A stretch of 64,000 bases of DNA. Source: Alphaproteobacteria bacterium. Lineage in GTDB: Bacteria > Pseudomonadota > Alphaproteobacteria > Methylaequorales > Methylaequoraceae. This document shows, piece by piece, positions 36,535 to 47,624 of the stretch. Made by a program: the position numbers and the translations under genes. The stretch covers positions 22,859 to 86,858 of the forward strand of contig JBJKUR010000012.1 in the NCBI GenBank assembly GCA_045563055.1, written 5' to 3'. Under the pieces are notes generated by a model. It was not told the origin of the DNA, ran no database searches, and saw nothing but the letters and a program-made list of their open reading frames with translations. Each line of letters begins with the position of its first letter. Position 1 is the stretch's first letter.

Positions 36535-38115
36535 ATGAATAAAGACAAAGTTATAATATTTGATACAACTTTGAGAGACGGTGAGCAATCTGCAGGTGCT
36601 TCCATGTCTGTTGAAGATAAAGTGGAGATAGCTATAAGGCTCAATGAGATGAAAGTTGATGTTATCGAAGCAGGCTTTCCTTTTGCTTCAAAAGGTGATT
36701 TTCAAGCAGTAAAGAAAATTGCTGAGATTTCTAAATATTCAATAATTTGTGGATTAGCTAGAGCACAGTTTAATGATATTGACACAGCTGGAGAAGCGAT
36801 TCAAAAAGCAAAACAAAAAAGGATCCATACTTTTATCTCAACGAGTGATTTACATATGAAGTATAAGCTCAAAATGAGCAAGGAGGAGGTTATTGATTCA
36901 ATAAAGAAAAGTATTAATAGAGCCGCTAAATATACCAATGATATAGAGTGGTCACCAGAAGACGCTTCAAGAACTAACCTTGATTTCCTCTACAAAAGCA
37001 TAGAAGTAGCTATATCATCAGGAGCTCGGACAATTAATATTCCTGACACAGTGGGTTACGCTATACCAAGTGAATTTGGAAGTTTAATAAAAAAGATTAA
37101 AAATAATGTAAAAAACATAGACAAAGCAATTATATCTGTCCATTGTCATAATGACCTTGGCCTTGCAGTTTCAAACTCATTATCAGCTGTAATTGAGGGA
37201 GCTAGACAAGTTGAGTGTACAATAAATGGTATTGGTGAAAGGGCTGGTAATGCAGCTCTTGAGGAAGTAGTTATGTGCTTGAAAACTAGGTCTGATAAAT
37301 TACCTTTTTATACCAATGTCGATTCTAAGAAAATAACGAACATATCTCATTTGGTGTCAACCATCACTGGTTTTTCGGTTCAACCGAATAAAGCAATTGT
37401 AGGAAAAAACGCATTTGCTCATGAATCGGGTATTCATCAAGATGGTATGTTGAAAAATGCAAATACCTATGAGATAATTACACCAGAATCGGTGGGACTA
37501 TCTTCTTCAGAATTAGTTTTAGGAAAGCATTCAGGTAGGCATGCCTTTAAAGTTAAATTGGAAGAACTTGGCTATAAGTTTAGTGAGAAAAATATTAATT
37601 TGTTCTTCAAGAAATTCAAAGATCTAGCAGACAGAAAAAAACAGATTTTTGAGGAAGATTTATATGCGCTTGTTGATAGTGAAAAAAACTTTCAGAAGAA
37701 AAGTTTTATCGAGTTGATTGACCTACAAGTTAATTGCGGATCCTCCAAGGTATCAGAAGCCAAGTTAAAACTAAATATCTTTGGTGAGAAAAAAACTATT
37801 ACAAAATCTGGTAATGGGCCAATTGATGCAATTTTTAATGCTTTAAAGGCACTTCTTCCGAATAAATCAAATCTAATTGTTTACCAAGTTAATGCGATTA
37901 CAAAAGGTACGGACGCTCAAGCTGAAGTTAATGTAAGATTGGAAGAGGACAATATTAGTGTTCAAGGACAAGGGAATGATGTTGATACCATGGTTTCATC
38001 AGCAAAAGCTTATATAAATGCCATGAATAAACTAATCATGAAAAGGAAGAAAGTAGAAGATTCAAAATCTTTACTTCAAACATCTGATACAAAAATTGAT
38101 AAACATGTGATTTAA
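36535..38115 (+). CDS. leuA: 2-isopropylmalate synthase
   Basis: It has the motifs DTTLRDGEQ, HCHNDLGLA and GERAGNA, plus the C-terminal LeuA regulatory domain. The ATG at 36535 is preferred over the TTG at 36526. Confidence 0.95.
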   Translation: MNKDKVIIFDTTLRDGEQSAGASMSVEDKVEIAIRLNEMKVDVIEAGFPFASKGDFQAVKKIAEISKYSIICGLARAQFNDIDTAGEAIQKAKQKRIHTFISTSDLHMKYKLKMSKEEVIDSIKKSINRAAKYTNDIEWSPEDASRTNLDFLYKSIEVAISSGARTINIPDTVGYAIPSEFGSLIKKIKNNVKNIDKAIISVHCHNDLGLAVSNSLSAVIEGARQVECTINGIGERAGNAALEEVVMCLKTRSDKLPFYTNVDSKKITNISHLVSTITGFSVQPNKAIVGKNAFAHESGIHQDGMLKNANTYEIITPESVGLSSSELVLGKHSGRHAFKVKLEELGYKFSEKNINLFFKKFKDLADRKKQIFEEDLYALVDSEKNFQKKSFIELIDLQVNCGSSKVSEAKLKLNIFGEKKTITKSGNGPIDAIFNALKALLPNKSNLIVYQVNAITKGTDAQAEVNVRLEEDNISVQGQGNDVDTMVSSAKAYINAMNKLIMKRKKVEDSKSLLQTSDTKIDKHVI

Positions 38116-38145
38116 ATCATTGATTTTTATTGAAGATATAGGTAG

Positions 38146-39201
<1,056 letters not shown>

Positions 39202-39204
39202 TCT

Positions 39205-40044
39205 ATGATATATAAGTCGTCTTTTGGAAGAGGATTTAATTCAAGTATACTTAATAGCTATATTTTGGGTTTATTAACTTATATTTTTATCTCTTTTATT
39301 TTAATTATACTTTCTTTTATTGAGAGTTCTTTCTTAACTTCTCTACGTTATAAAACGATTTCAATTAGCAAACCCTTTTTTATAATGGTCAGCAAACCTT
39401 TTAGCATGCTTAATGATTCTTTTTTATACACTCGCAATCTTAAAGATATTAAATCTATAAATAATGAACTAATAAGAGAGAATAAAACTCTAAAGAAACA
39501 ATTAAACGAATCTAATTTTTTATTACTAGAAAACCATCGACTAAAAAAACTTTTGGAAATTAAAGACATAACTTATGTGAAAAAATTGACAGCAAGAATT
39601 TTAATTGATGCCTACAAGGATAGCAATTCTGAAATCTATATCGACCTTGGAAAGAATGATGGTTTAAAGATTAATGATATTGTTTTCAATGAAAATGGTT
39701 TCATTGGAAGAATTGCTGAGCTTGGCAGTAAGTCTGCTAAAGTGTTAACTTTGTTAAATGAAAACTCTGTTATTCCTGTGACATCAATCAACACAAAAAA
39801 ATCATTTTTTGTCAAAGGAAATGGTAATAAATTAACTCTCAAGCACGTTGATAATAAGTTTAGCCTTAAACATGGAGAATTAGTTGTATCAACTAGTGCA
39901 GCTGGTTATTTTAAAGAAGGTATAAACATTGGTAGAATTTACAAAACTTTAAATGATGTTTACGTAATCCCGTTTGCAAAGAAAACGGATTCAATCTATG
40001 TTAATGTTTTGATTTATAATTTTATTAATGAATTTAATGATTAG
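39205..40044 (+). CDS. mreC: Rod-shape protein MreC
   Basis: It has an N-terminal anchor, a coiled coil (NELIRENKTLKKQLNE) and a beta-rich C-terminus. It sits after mreB. Confidence 0.8.
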   Translation: MIYKSSFGRGFNSSILNSYILGLLTYIFISFILIILSFIESSFLTSLRYKTISISKPFFIMVSKPFSMLNDSFLYTRNLKDIKSINNELIRENKTLKKQLNESNFLLLENHRLKKLLEIKDITYVKKLTARILIDAYKDSNSEIYIDLGKNDGLKINDIVFNENGFIGRIAELGSKSAKVLTLLNENSVIPVTSINTKKSFFVKGNGNKLTLKHVDNKFSLKHGELVVSTSAAGYFKEGINIGRIYKTLNDVYVIPFAKKTDSIYVNVLIYNFINEFND

Positions 40045-40055
40045 TTTTTTGTTAT

Positions 40056-40553
40056 ATGCTTGGTAATCTTTTTTTTAGAGCTGTTCCATATCTATTTATA
40101 TCTTTTTTCATTTTTTTTGAGTTCACTCCTAATTACTTATTTGATGCAAAGCTTGTCAAACCGTATATGTTTTTCATAGTTTTTTATTGCTGGTTAATAA
40201 GTGATTCAAAAAGGTTTTCTTCTTTATCTATATTTATTTTTTCTATTTTTTACGATCTTATTCAAGGTGGTGTTGTTGGGATAACATCATTATTCTTTCT
40301 ACTCATGCAATATTCTCTTAGAAAAAAATATAATGAATTAATTTCAAATGATTTAAAGGAAATTTGGGTTAAATTTATATTAAGTTTTACTCTGTACTTG
40401 TCAATAATGTTGGTTCTTAATATATTTTTGAAAAACAACGAGATAGCCTTTAAGAATGTGGCAATAAGTTTTATAATAACGATTGCTTTGTTTCCACTCT
40501 TTTTTTCAATCGTGGATAAATTAAGTTATAAATTTAAAAAATATCATGAGTAA
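40056..40553 (+). CDS. mreD: Rod-shape protein MreD
   Basis: It is a polytopic membrane protein located between mreC and mrdA. Confidence 0.6.
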   Translation: MLGNLFFRAVPYLFISFFIFFEFTPNYLFDAKLVKPYMFFIVFYCWLISDSKRFSSLSIFIFSIFYDLIQGGVVGITSLFFLLMQYSLRKKYNELISNDLKEIWVKFILSFTLYLSIMLVLNIFLKNNEIAFKNVAISFIITIALFPLFFSIVDKLSYKFKKYHE

Positions 40554-42324
40554 AGATCTAAATATAGAGAAAAAGCTAAGAAGAAGATCCCTTTTACTTG
40601 GAATTTCAAAATCTTTTTTCACTTTTTTAGTTTTTGGAAAGTTGTACTACCTTCAAATTCTTCAAAAATCAAAGTATGGAAAACTTTCTGATTTAAACAG
40701 AACTAAAATTAAAATTTTATATCCTGAAAGAGGAATAATCTTTGATCTACATGACAAGCCAATTGCATCAAATAAAGTTGATTACCAACTGAGTATTTTT
40801 AAGGAAAAAAAAAAATTAATCGGTAAATATATAAATAACCTGGATGGACACATAAATTTTAATGCTAAGGACCTATCTGAAATAAAAAAAAATCTCAAGC
40901 AACAAGATCTGTCAGACTTTGTAACCATAAAAACAGGTCTAACTTGGAATGAATTAGAGTTTTTTGAATTTATGAGAAATAAATTTCCTTTTTTGATAAT
41001 AACTAAAGAGAAAGTAAGAAATTATAATGAAAATTTAGTTTTCTCTCACGTTCTGGGTTATGTCGGGTTCAAAAAAGAAGTTAGTAAAAAACAGCTTACT
41101 AATTTAAAGTTTGGCATTTCAGGTATTGAGAAAAAACTTGATTCAAGGCTACTTGGAAAAGATGGTTGGATAAAGTTTGAGACCGATTCGCGAGGAGTTA
41201 TTAAAAAAGAATTAAATAAGAAGAACTCTTTACCAGGTAAAGATATCAAAACATTCTTAATAAGTGAAATCCAAAAGAAAGCTTTCTCTGAGATGGAAGG
41301 TATTAATGGAGCTGTAGTGATGATAAATTGTCGTGATGGGGGGGTTAATTGTTTGGTTTCCTCACCTTCTTTTGATAATAATGAATTTAGTGATGGAGTT
41401 AGTCAAAGTAAATGGAGGAAACTTTTAGAAGATCAATTCAACCCTCTTTTAAACAGATCTATTGCGGGACTATATTCCCCAGGATCAACATATAAATTAA
41501 TTAGCGCATTACATGTATTAGAAAATACTAACTTTGATAGAAAAAAAATTTTTTTTTGCAGTGGACACGTAAAATTTGGAAATAGAAAGTTTCATTGTTG
41601 GAAAAAAGAAGGACATGGTAACGTAGATCTTCATGATGCAATAAAGAAATCATGTGATTGTTATTTTTATAATTTAGCAAAAACACTAAATATCGATAGT
41701 TTAGCAAAATTTTCTAATTTATTTTCCTATGGTAAGAATACTGGTATTGACATGCTAAATGAACAAATAGGTATAATGCCTAATACAAATTGGAAAATTA
41801 ATAATCGAGGCGAGATATGGCAAAAAGGAGAAACATTAAATACCGTTATCGGGCAAGGTTTTATGTTATCAACTCCACTTCAAATAGCAGTGATGACAGC
41901 TCGCTTAGCATCTGGCTTGAAAATAATACCAAGTATTATTTATAAGAAATCAAAATTCGAAAAGTTATACGTAGACTCTAGTAATATTGAGTTTATAAAA
42001 AGAGCTATGTTTTCCGTTGTCAATGACAATACTGGAACTGCCTTTAGTTCAAGAATTTTTGGTTCAAAAAAAATGGCTGGAAAAACTGGAACATCCCAAG
42101 TAAGAAAAATAAGTTTAGAGGAAAGGGAGAGAAAGGATGGAGTTATGAAGAATGAAGATTTATTATATAAGTTACGTGACCATTCAATCTTCACTTGCTT
42201 TGCCCCTTTTGATAATCCAAAGTTTGCATTATCAGTTATTGCAGAACACATGGGTAGTGGATCAAAGGTAGCCGCCCCTATTGCTAAAAGAATAATGAAA
42301 CTAGCACTTGAAAAATATTATTGA
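40546..42324 (+). CDS. mrdA: Peptidoglycan D,D-transpeptidase MrdA (PBP2)
   Basis: It has the motifs SxxK (SPGSTYK), SxD (KSCD) and KTG (GKTGTSQ), and it precedes rodA. Confidence 0.9.
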   Translation: MSKDLNIEKKLRRRSLLLGISKSFFTFLVFGKLYYLQILQKSKYGKLSDLNRTKIKILYPERGIIFDLHDKPIASNKVDYQLSIFKEKKKLIGKYINNLDGHINFNAKDLSEIKKNLKQQDLSDFVTIKTGLTWNELEFFEFMRNKFPFLIITKEKVRNYNENLVFSHVLGYVGFKKEVSKKQLTNLKFGISGIEKKLDSRLLGKDGWIKFETDSRGVIKKELNKKNSLPGKDIKTFLISEIQKKAFSEMEGINGAVVMINCRDGGVNCLVSSPSFDNNEFSDGVSQSKWRKLLEDQFNPLLNRSIAGLYSPGSTYKLISALHVLENTNFDRKKIFFCSGHVKFGNRKFHCWKKEGHGNVDLHDAIKKSCDCYFYNLAKTLNIDSLAKFSNLFSYGKNTGIDMLNEQIGIMPNTNWKINNRGEIWQKGETLNTVIGQGFMLSTPLQIAVMTARLASGLKIIPSIIYKKSKFEKLYVDSSNIEFIKRAMFSVVNDNTGTAFSSRIFGSKKMAGKTGTSQVRKISLEERERKDGVMKNEDLLYKLRDHSIFTCFAPFDNPKFALSVIAEHMGSGSKVAAPIAKRIMKLALEKYY

Positions 42325-43418
42325 AGTACGGTATGGACTTTTATTTAAAATTAAAAAATATCAATTGGTTTTTTGTATCACTTATTTGTTTTCTATCTTT
42401 CATAGGCTTGGTAATGATTTATAGTGCAACTATTGGCGATGAGTCTAGAATTTTTTTGTCTCACATTTATAAAATTGTCTTTGGCTTAATGTTAATGTTT
42501 TTAATAAGTCTTTTAGATATAGAGTTTTGGAAAAGAAACGCATATTTATTTTATTTTTTGGGACTCATTCTTTTAATTTGGGTGTCGTTTTATGGATATT
42601 TAGGAAAAGGTGCAAGAAGATGGATAAATGTTTTTGGATTTAATTTTCAACCATCAGAAATAATGAAAATATTTATAATAATATCTCTCGCAAAATTTTT
42701 TGATGAGAAAAAAATTCAAGAACCACGAGATTATTTATTTTTAATACTTCCAATAATTTTAGTTCTAATCCCATTTTCTTTAATTCTTTCTCAGCCAGAT
42801 CTAGGAACAGCTATGTTAATATTATTTGTAAGTATAATAATTTTTTTCATTTCAGGAATAAATTGGAAGTTTTTTGCTTTTTTCGGAATATTAGGTTTGA
42901 TGGTCGCACCGTATTTGTGGGGAGCGCTTAAAGAATATCAAAAACAAAGAATATTAACGCTTTTTAACCCTGAAAATGATCCTTTAGGATCTGGATATCA
43001 TATTATTCAGTCTCAGATCGCTGTTGGTTCAGGTGGTTTTTTTGGCAAAGGTTGGTTAAAAGGAACACAGTCTCATCTTGATTTTCTTCCAGAAAAACAT
43101 ACAGATTTCATATTTTCTATGTTAGGAGAAGAATTTGGTTTTTTTGGAACATTGTCAGTAATTGGTCTGATTTGCTTGATAACATATTTGGCATATAACA
43201 TTACTGGAAGATTTATTCATGATAATTTTAATAGAACTTTAGGATATGGCATTATTTCGAATTTCTTTTTTGCATCTCTAATTAATATGTCAATGGTAAT
43301 TGGCATTCTTCCAATAGTTGGCTTGCCTTTGCCGCTAGTTTCATATGGAGGGTCCTCAATGATTACCTATTTTATTGGATTTGGTATAATTTTATCTTTA
43401 GATAGATCAAGACAGTGA
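42321..43418 (+). CDS. rodA: Peptidoglycan glycosyltransferase RodA (SEDS family)
   Basis: It shows the FtsW/RodA/SpoVE pattern (QPSE, PDLGTA, LPEKHTDFIF, PLPLVSYGGSS). Confidence 0.9.
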   Translation: MKYGMDFYLKLKNINWFFVSLICFLSFIGLVMIYSATIGDESRIFLSHIYKIVFGLMLMFLISLLDIEFWKRNAYLFYFLGLILLIWVSFYGYLGKGARRWINVFGFNFQPSEIMKIFIIISLAKFFDEKKIQEPRDYLFLILPIILVLIPFSLILSQPDLGTAMLILFVSIIIFFISGINWKFFAFFGILGLMVAPYLWGALKEYQKQRILTLFNPENDPLGSGYHIIQSQIAVGSGGFFGKGWLKGTQSHLDFLPEKHTDFIFSMLGEEFGFFGTLSVIGLICLITYLAYNITGRFIHDNFNRTLGYGIISNFFFASLINMSMVIGILPIVGLPLPLVSYGGSSMITYFIGFGIILSLDRSRQ

Positions 43419-43424
43419 AATGTT

Positions 43425-44450
43425 TTAAACCTTTTCAGATAAAAAGATAGCAACTTTTTTTAAAGATCTTATATTTCTCATAATTATAAGTAATACTACC
43501 AGAAAAGGAACACTTAGGAACATTCCTGCTACTCCCCAGATTTTACCCATAAGAGCTAAAAAGATTATCATTATTAGAGGGCTAATGTTTAATGTTTTTC
43601 CCATTAATTTTGGTTCCAAGAAGTTTCCTATAAATATTTGAATTAAAACTAGAACAATAAAAGTTGTTATTGGTTCGTAAAAATCAACGAATTGTATAAT
43701 AGAAAATAGTGAAGGCAAAACAACTGAAATAAGAGAGCCAAGAAAAGGAATAAAATTTAATAGAAAAGATAAGATTGCAAAAGAAGGAGCTAACTCATTT
43801 CCTATTATCTCTAAAGAAAGGAATGTTAGCAAGGCGGTAAAGAAGCTAGTTAAAGATTTAAGTTGAAAATAATTAAAAATATCATTGTTAATCTTTTGGA
43901 TAATGCCCATGTTCCGTTTTTCAATAATTAACTCAATTTTTTTTAGAAAATTTTTTTTTTCTGCAACAATAAATATAAAAAAAATCAAAATAAATGTAAA
44001 ATTACCTGCAAAATTTGTAAAACCGTTTAATAGTTTTGATAAAAAATTTACAAAATTAAGAGAATTTATAAATTTTTCTATAGGAACTAATTCACTGATG
44101 TGTTGTATTGAAGAAAACTCAAATATTTTTTCCAAATTTTTTTGATAAGATGAAGAGTTATCAATTACATGCAGAATGTTAAATTTAAATATGACCGAAA
44201 TTAAGTAAGAAAGAACGATAATTATAAAGAACATCAAAAGAATTGAAATTAACTCTCCTAGCTGGAATTTTAAGTATTTTTTTGTATAATATAATAATTT
44301 TGCAGATAGTGATTTAACTATTATAAAAACAAATAATGCGAGCGATAAAGGCAATAATATAAACTGTCCAAAATACATTACAAAAATGAATAAAATTAAA
44401 AGAAGTAATATTTTACCTAAATTCATTCTAGTTAAATTGATAGTTTTCAA
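43425..44450 (-). CDS. AI-2E/PerM-family transporter
   Basis: It is a polytopic protein of about 8 TM helices with the C-terminal pattern G...G...G.FL.VP typical of AI-2E transporters. Confidence 0.7.
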   Translation of the reverse strand: MKTINLTRMNLGKILLLLILFIFVMYFGQFILLPLSLALFVFIIVKSLSAKLLYYTKKYLKFQLGELISILLMFFIIIVLSYLISVIFKFNILHVIDNSSSYQKNLEKIFEFSSIQHISELVPIEKFINSLNFVNFLSKLLNGFTNFAGNFTFILIFFIFIVAEKKNFLKKIELIIEKRNMGIIQKINNDIFNYFQLKSLTSFFTALLTFLSLEIIGNELAPSFAILSFLLNFIPFLGSLISVVLPSLFSIIQFVDFYEPITTFIVLVLIQIFIGNFLEPKLMGKTLNISPLIMIIFLALMGKIWGVAGMFLSVPFLVVLLIIMRNIRSLKKVAIFLSEKV

Positions 44451-45123
44451 GAAGTTGGGTCATTTTAGTTGTTCCGAAAAGATCAGAATCTGTTTTCTCT
44501 GTTCTAATAGTTTTAACAAGTCCTATTCCCTTGGCATACCATTCATCCGATGTAATATTTATTTCAATTGAGCCTATTTCACTATCTCCAATAAATTTAG
44601 TTTTTCCTACTCCTTTTACTAAAAGGCAATCTTTAAACTTCCCCATTGGTGTGTTCACAACCTCTGTTTTAGATACAATTTCATATTCTATATCAAAGTT
44701 TGTTGTTGCCCTGTAATCATAGTAAGGGTATCTTTTTAATATCAAAAAAGTTTTGCTTTCAACTGCCCACTTTCTTCCAATTTCAAGTGGAATCGGAAGA
44801 ACCAATCTTTTTGCTTTTTCTGAACTAATTCTTTTATCTTTTGAGAAGGCAGAACCATTCCTATAGATTCCACTCTTATCAATATTATAGAGGTAAATAG
44901 AGCCATCTTCTCTTAAAAATGGATAGAAAAATGTTTTATTTCCATCTATCTCTAATTTTCTTTTTCCTAGAGCAATATTTATTTTTTTATATGTAGTTTT
45001 TTTTTCGATTTCAGGTTGTATTTCAACTTGATAGGACCAGGACTTAACTTTTTCCAATGGAAAGTATGGATTGTTCTGATTTGAACAACCGATTATGAAT
45101 AAAATAAAAAACAAGAATTTCAT
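44428..45123 (-). CDS. Lipoprotein of unknown function
   Basis: It has the lipobox FIIGC|S. Its end overlaps the start of the AI-2E gene by 23 nt. Confidence 0.5.
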   Translation of the reverse strand: MKFLFFILFIIGCSNQNNPYFPLEKVKSWSYQVEIQPEIEKKTTYKKINIALGKRKLEIDGNKTFFYPFLREDGSIYLYNIDKSGIYRNGSAFSKDKRISSEKAKRLVLPIPLEIGRKWAVESKTFLILKRYPYYDYRATTNFDIEYEIVSKTEVVNTPMGKFKDCLLVKGVGKTKFIGDSEIGSIEINITSDEWYAKGIGLVKTIRTEKTDSDLFGTTKMTQLLENYQFN

Positions 45124-45644
45124 TATTTTTCAGGTAGTAGTTGATTCGGCATATCAAAGAAATTTAATTTAGAGCTTACAGTTGAAGCTTTTTCTTTTTT
45201 TAAAACAGATGAAATTATGTTTTTTTTATTCTCATCAATATTTTCCCCCATTTGAGGTATTCCATTCTTCAAGCTAACCAAGGCCTTTGAAATTTTTTCG
45301 TGGGCTTCTTTATTATAATTTAAGCTATAAGATCTAGGTGTACTTAAACCAGCTAAATCATTCATGTCTGTTATCCACAAGTAAATATTTCCTTCAGAGT
45401 TTATCAATGCATTTGGTTCGTATATCTGAGCTGCCACCAACCTAAACCTATCAGGGAGGTCGTCATTAGATGGCCACCCTACAAGATTTTTAAATGAGTC
45501 GTATGTTAGCACACAAAATATGGTTGTTATGATTATCATCGATGATTTTATAATCCAGTGAAATGTGGTTCTAAGATTAAATAACACCAATAAGAATGCT
45601 AAGATCGCATAGCATATAATAATAAAAAAAATTACTGAATTCAT
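45123..45644 (-). CDS. Membrane protein of unknown function
   Basis: It has two N-terminal TM helices and a soluble domain. It overlaps the lipoprotein gene start by 1 nt. Confidence 0.4.
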   Translation of the reverse strand: MNSVIFFIIICYAILAFLLVLFNLRTTFHWIIKSSMIIITTIFCVLTYDSFKNLVGWPSNDDLPDRFRLVAAQIYEPNALINSEGNIYLWITDMNDLAGLSTPRSYSLNYNKEAHEKISKALVSLKNGIPQMGENIDENKKNIISSVLKKEKASTVSSKLNFFDMPNQLLPEK

Positions 45645-45657
45645 ATTTTACCTTTCT

Positions 45658-46254
45658 TTAATTTTCCGGAACTAGTTTTTTAAATAAGTTACCAGAAACA
45701 CTTACAATACCGTTCTGAGTTATATTAAATCTTGTGGCAGTTTTTTCTACACCTTTTTTTTCCAATTTAATAGTTCCGTAATAAATTACTTCGAGTTTTG
45801 GATTAACTTTTTCAACTTTTACGTTAACATCAATTGGTTGTTCAGTTTTAGTGGCATAGTAATGTACATTTACAATGTATTCTCCTGGGACAACAGCACG
45901 AATAGTTACTACCTCTTGGTTAAGAGGATTTTGAATTTTTTCACCACCAACTTCAATAGTATCATTTAATAGTCCACGATCATCTCTATCTAAATGAACG
46001 AAACCAGCTTCTTTTCCTCTAAACCATACCAGATCACCGGTTGGGCTTTGGACATACGTATCAATATCATCAGGATTATTATCTTTCCAGCTGACTGTTA
46101 TTATGTACTCTGCCTTAGGATTAATCACTCCTGTCTTAGGTATAGGATTCATGAAAATAATTGCTAAAAACATGAGAAGTGTAAATGATAAGAGAATATT
46201 GAAAAGTAAATCAGTGAAAGGATCTGCCCTTAGTCTTCTACCTGAATATGACAT
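45658..46254 (-). CDS. ExbD/TolR-like anchored protein with a divergent beta-rich periplasmic domain
   Basis: The N-terminus RRLRADPFTDLLFNILLSFTLLMFLAIIF has an Asp at the start of a single TM helix, as in ExbD/TolR. It directly follows the MotA/ExbB-like gene with a 1-nt overlap. The C-terminal domain is not ExbD-like. Confidence 0.4.
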   Translation of the reverse strand: MSYSGRRLRADPFTDLLFNILLSFTLLMFLAIIFMNPIPKTGVINPKAEYIITVSWKDNNPDDIDTYVQSPTGDLVWFRGKEAGFVHLDRDDRGLLNDTIEVGGEKIQNPLNQEVVTIRAVVPGEYIVNVHYYATKTEQPIDVNVKVEKVNPKLEVIYYGTIKLEKKGVEKTATRFNITQNGIVSVSGNLFKKLVPEN

Positions 46255-46964
46255 TATAAACTATTATCGATACTAACTTCTGAAATTTGATTTAAAACTG
46301 AAAATAGTTCCTCACATCCACTTTCAAGATTATAATATTGAATTGCAACCATAACACCAGCAACAAGTGCTGATAGGGTTGTATAAAGAGCAACCCCCAT
46401 TCCACTTCCCATGGTTGTTAAAACGCCTTGCAATAAGGTGACATCAAAAGTTGTTATGTCTGAAAGAGAACCTAACATTATTATAAAACCAATTACTGTG
46501 CCGATTAATCCTAACTTAAGCATTATGTCGGAACAAAACCAACCAAATTCATAGAAACCAACTGTCTTTTTTACGTAGCTATCAAGTATCTGAACATGAG
46601 AAGTCGCACCATTTTTCTTCAAACCAATTAAATCTTTAAAATATTCACTGACAATCCCATCTGAAATTTCTCCCTTTGAAGTTAAAATTAGTGACCCTTC
46701 GATTATTCTGAGTTTAATATTTTCGTCAAGAAGACTTTTTTTAATAACATGAGCTTTATTCAATTCACCTGAAATCAAGAAGGTATGATAAAAACAATGC
46801 ATGCTAATTACTATGAAAGAAACTAGAATTAAACTAGTTATGTAGCTTTTATCTGAGCTTACTATTTTATAAATCAGGCCTTGATCGAAAATAAAAAAAA
46901 TAAAAAAGGTAATTATACTAAATTGTAATAACCACTTTAAAAATAATTTGTGTACTCTAGTCAT
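46254..46964 (-). CDS. MotA/TolQ/ExbB-family proton channel protein
   Basis: The C-terminal helices carry LGLIGTVIGFI...MGVALYTTLSALVAG, typical of the family. Confidence 0.75.
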   Translation of the reverse strand: MTRVHKLFLKWLLQFSIITFFIFFIFDQGLIYKIVSSDKSYITSLILVSFIVISMHCFYHTFLISGELNKAHVIKKSLLDENIKLRIIEGSLILTSKGEISDGIVSEYFKDLIGLKKNGATSHVQILDSYVKKTVGFYEFGWFCSDIMLKLGLIGTVIGFIIMLGSLSDITTFDVTLLQGVLTTMGSGMGVALYTTLSALVAGVMVAIQYYNLESGCEELFSVLNQISEVSIDNSL

Positions 46965-46980
46965 TCAGTTTATAAATCCT

Positions 46981-47496
46981 TTAATACTGTATTAGAGTTT
47001 CAATGGGTATTACAATGTTTTTTCTTCCACTTAAAAAATCTAATTCGATAAGTGATATGAAACATACTGGGTCTCCGCCGGATTTTTCAATTAGTTTAAT
47101 TGCAGCTTTAGCTGTCCCGCCAGTAGCTAATAGATCATCAACTAATAATATTTTTTTATTTTGTAAATTTACATTGACCTCTAGGGTGTCTTTCCCATAC
47201 TCAAGTTCATATTCAATGTGAACTTTATTATTTCCTGGTAATTTATTTTTTTTTCTAATCATTACCATGCCCTTATTTAAATCTAAAGCTAATGCTGAGG
47301 CAAAAATAAAGCCTCTAGCATCTATTCCCGCAATCAAGTCACAATCATATTTGGATGCTAAACCTGATAACTGAATGATAGATGCCTTGAATGCTAGGCT
47401 GTCAGATATCAATGTAGATACATCATAAAATAGTATACCTTTTTTTGGGAAATCTGGTACTTTGCTTATACAACGCTCGATATCTTTAATATGCAT
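46981..47496 (-). CDS. apt: Adenine phosphoribosyltransferase
   Basis: It has the PRPP-binding motif LLVDDLLATGGTA and Apt-like length and sequence. Confidence 0.9.
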   Translation of the reverse strand: MHIKDIERCISKVPDFPKKGILFYDVSTLISDSLAFKASIIQLSGLASKYDCDLIAGIDARGFIFASALALDLNKGMVMIRKKNKLPGNNKVHIEYELEYGKDTLEVNVNLQNKKILLVDDLLATGGTAKAAIKLIEKSGGDPVCFISLIELDFLSGRKNIVIPIETLIQY

Positions 47497-47624
47497 TTCT
47501 AACTTACTATTCTACAATTTAAAAAAATGATTTTGAATGATCAGAAAAACTGTATTGACCTTGATTAAAATTTATATACAACGCTAATAGAATATATATA
47601 AATACATGTTTTACAACTAAATAT

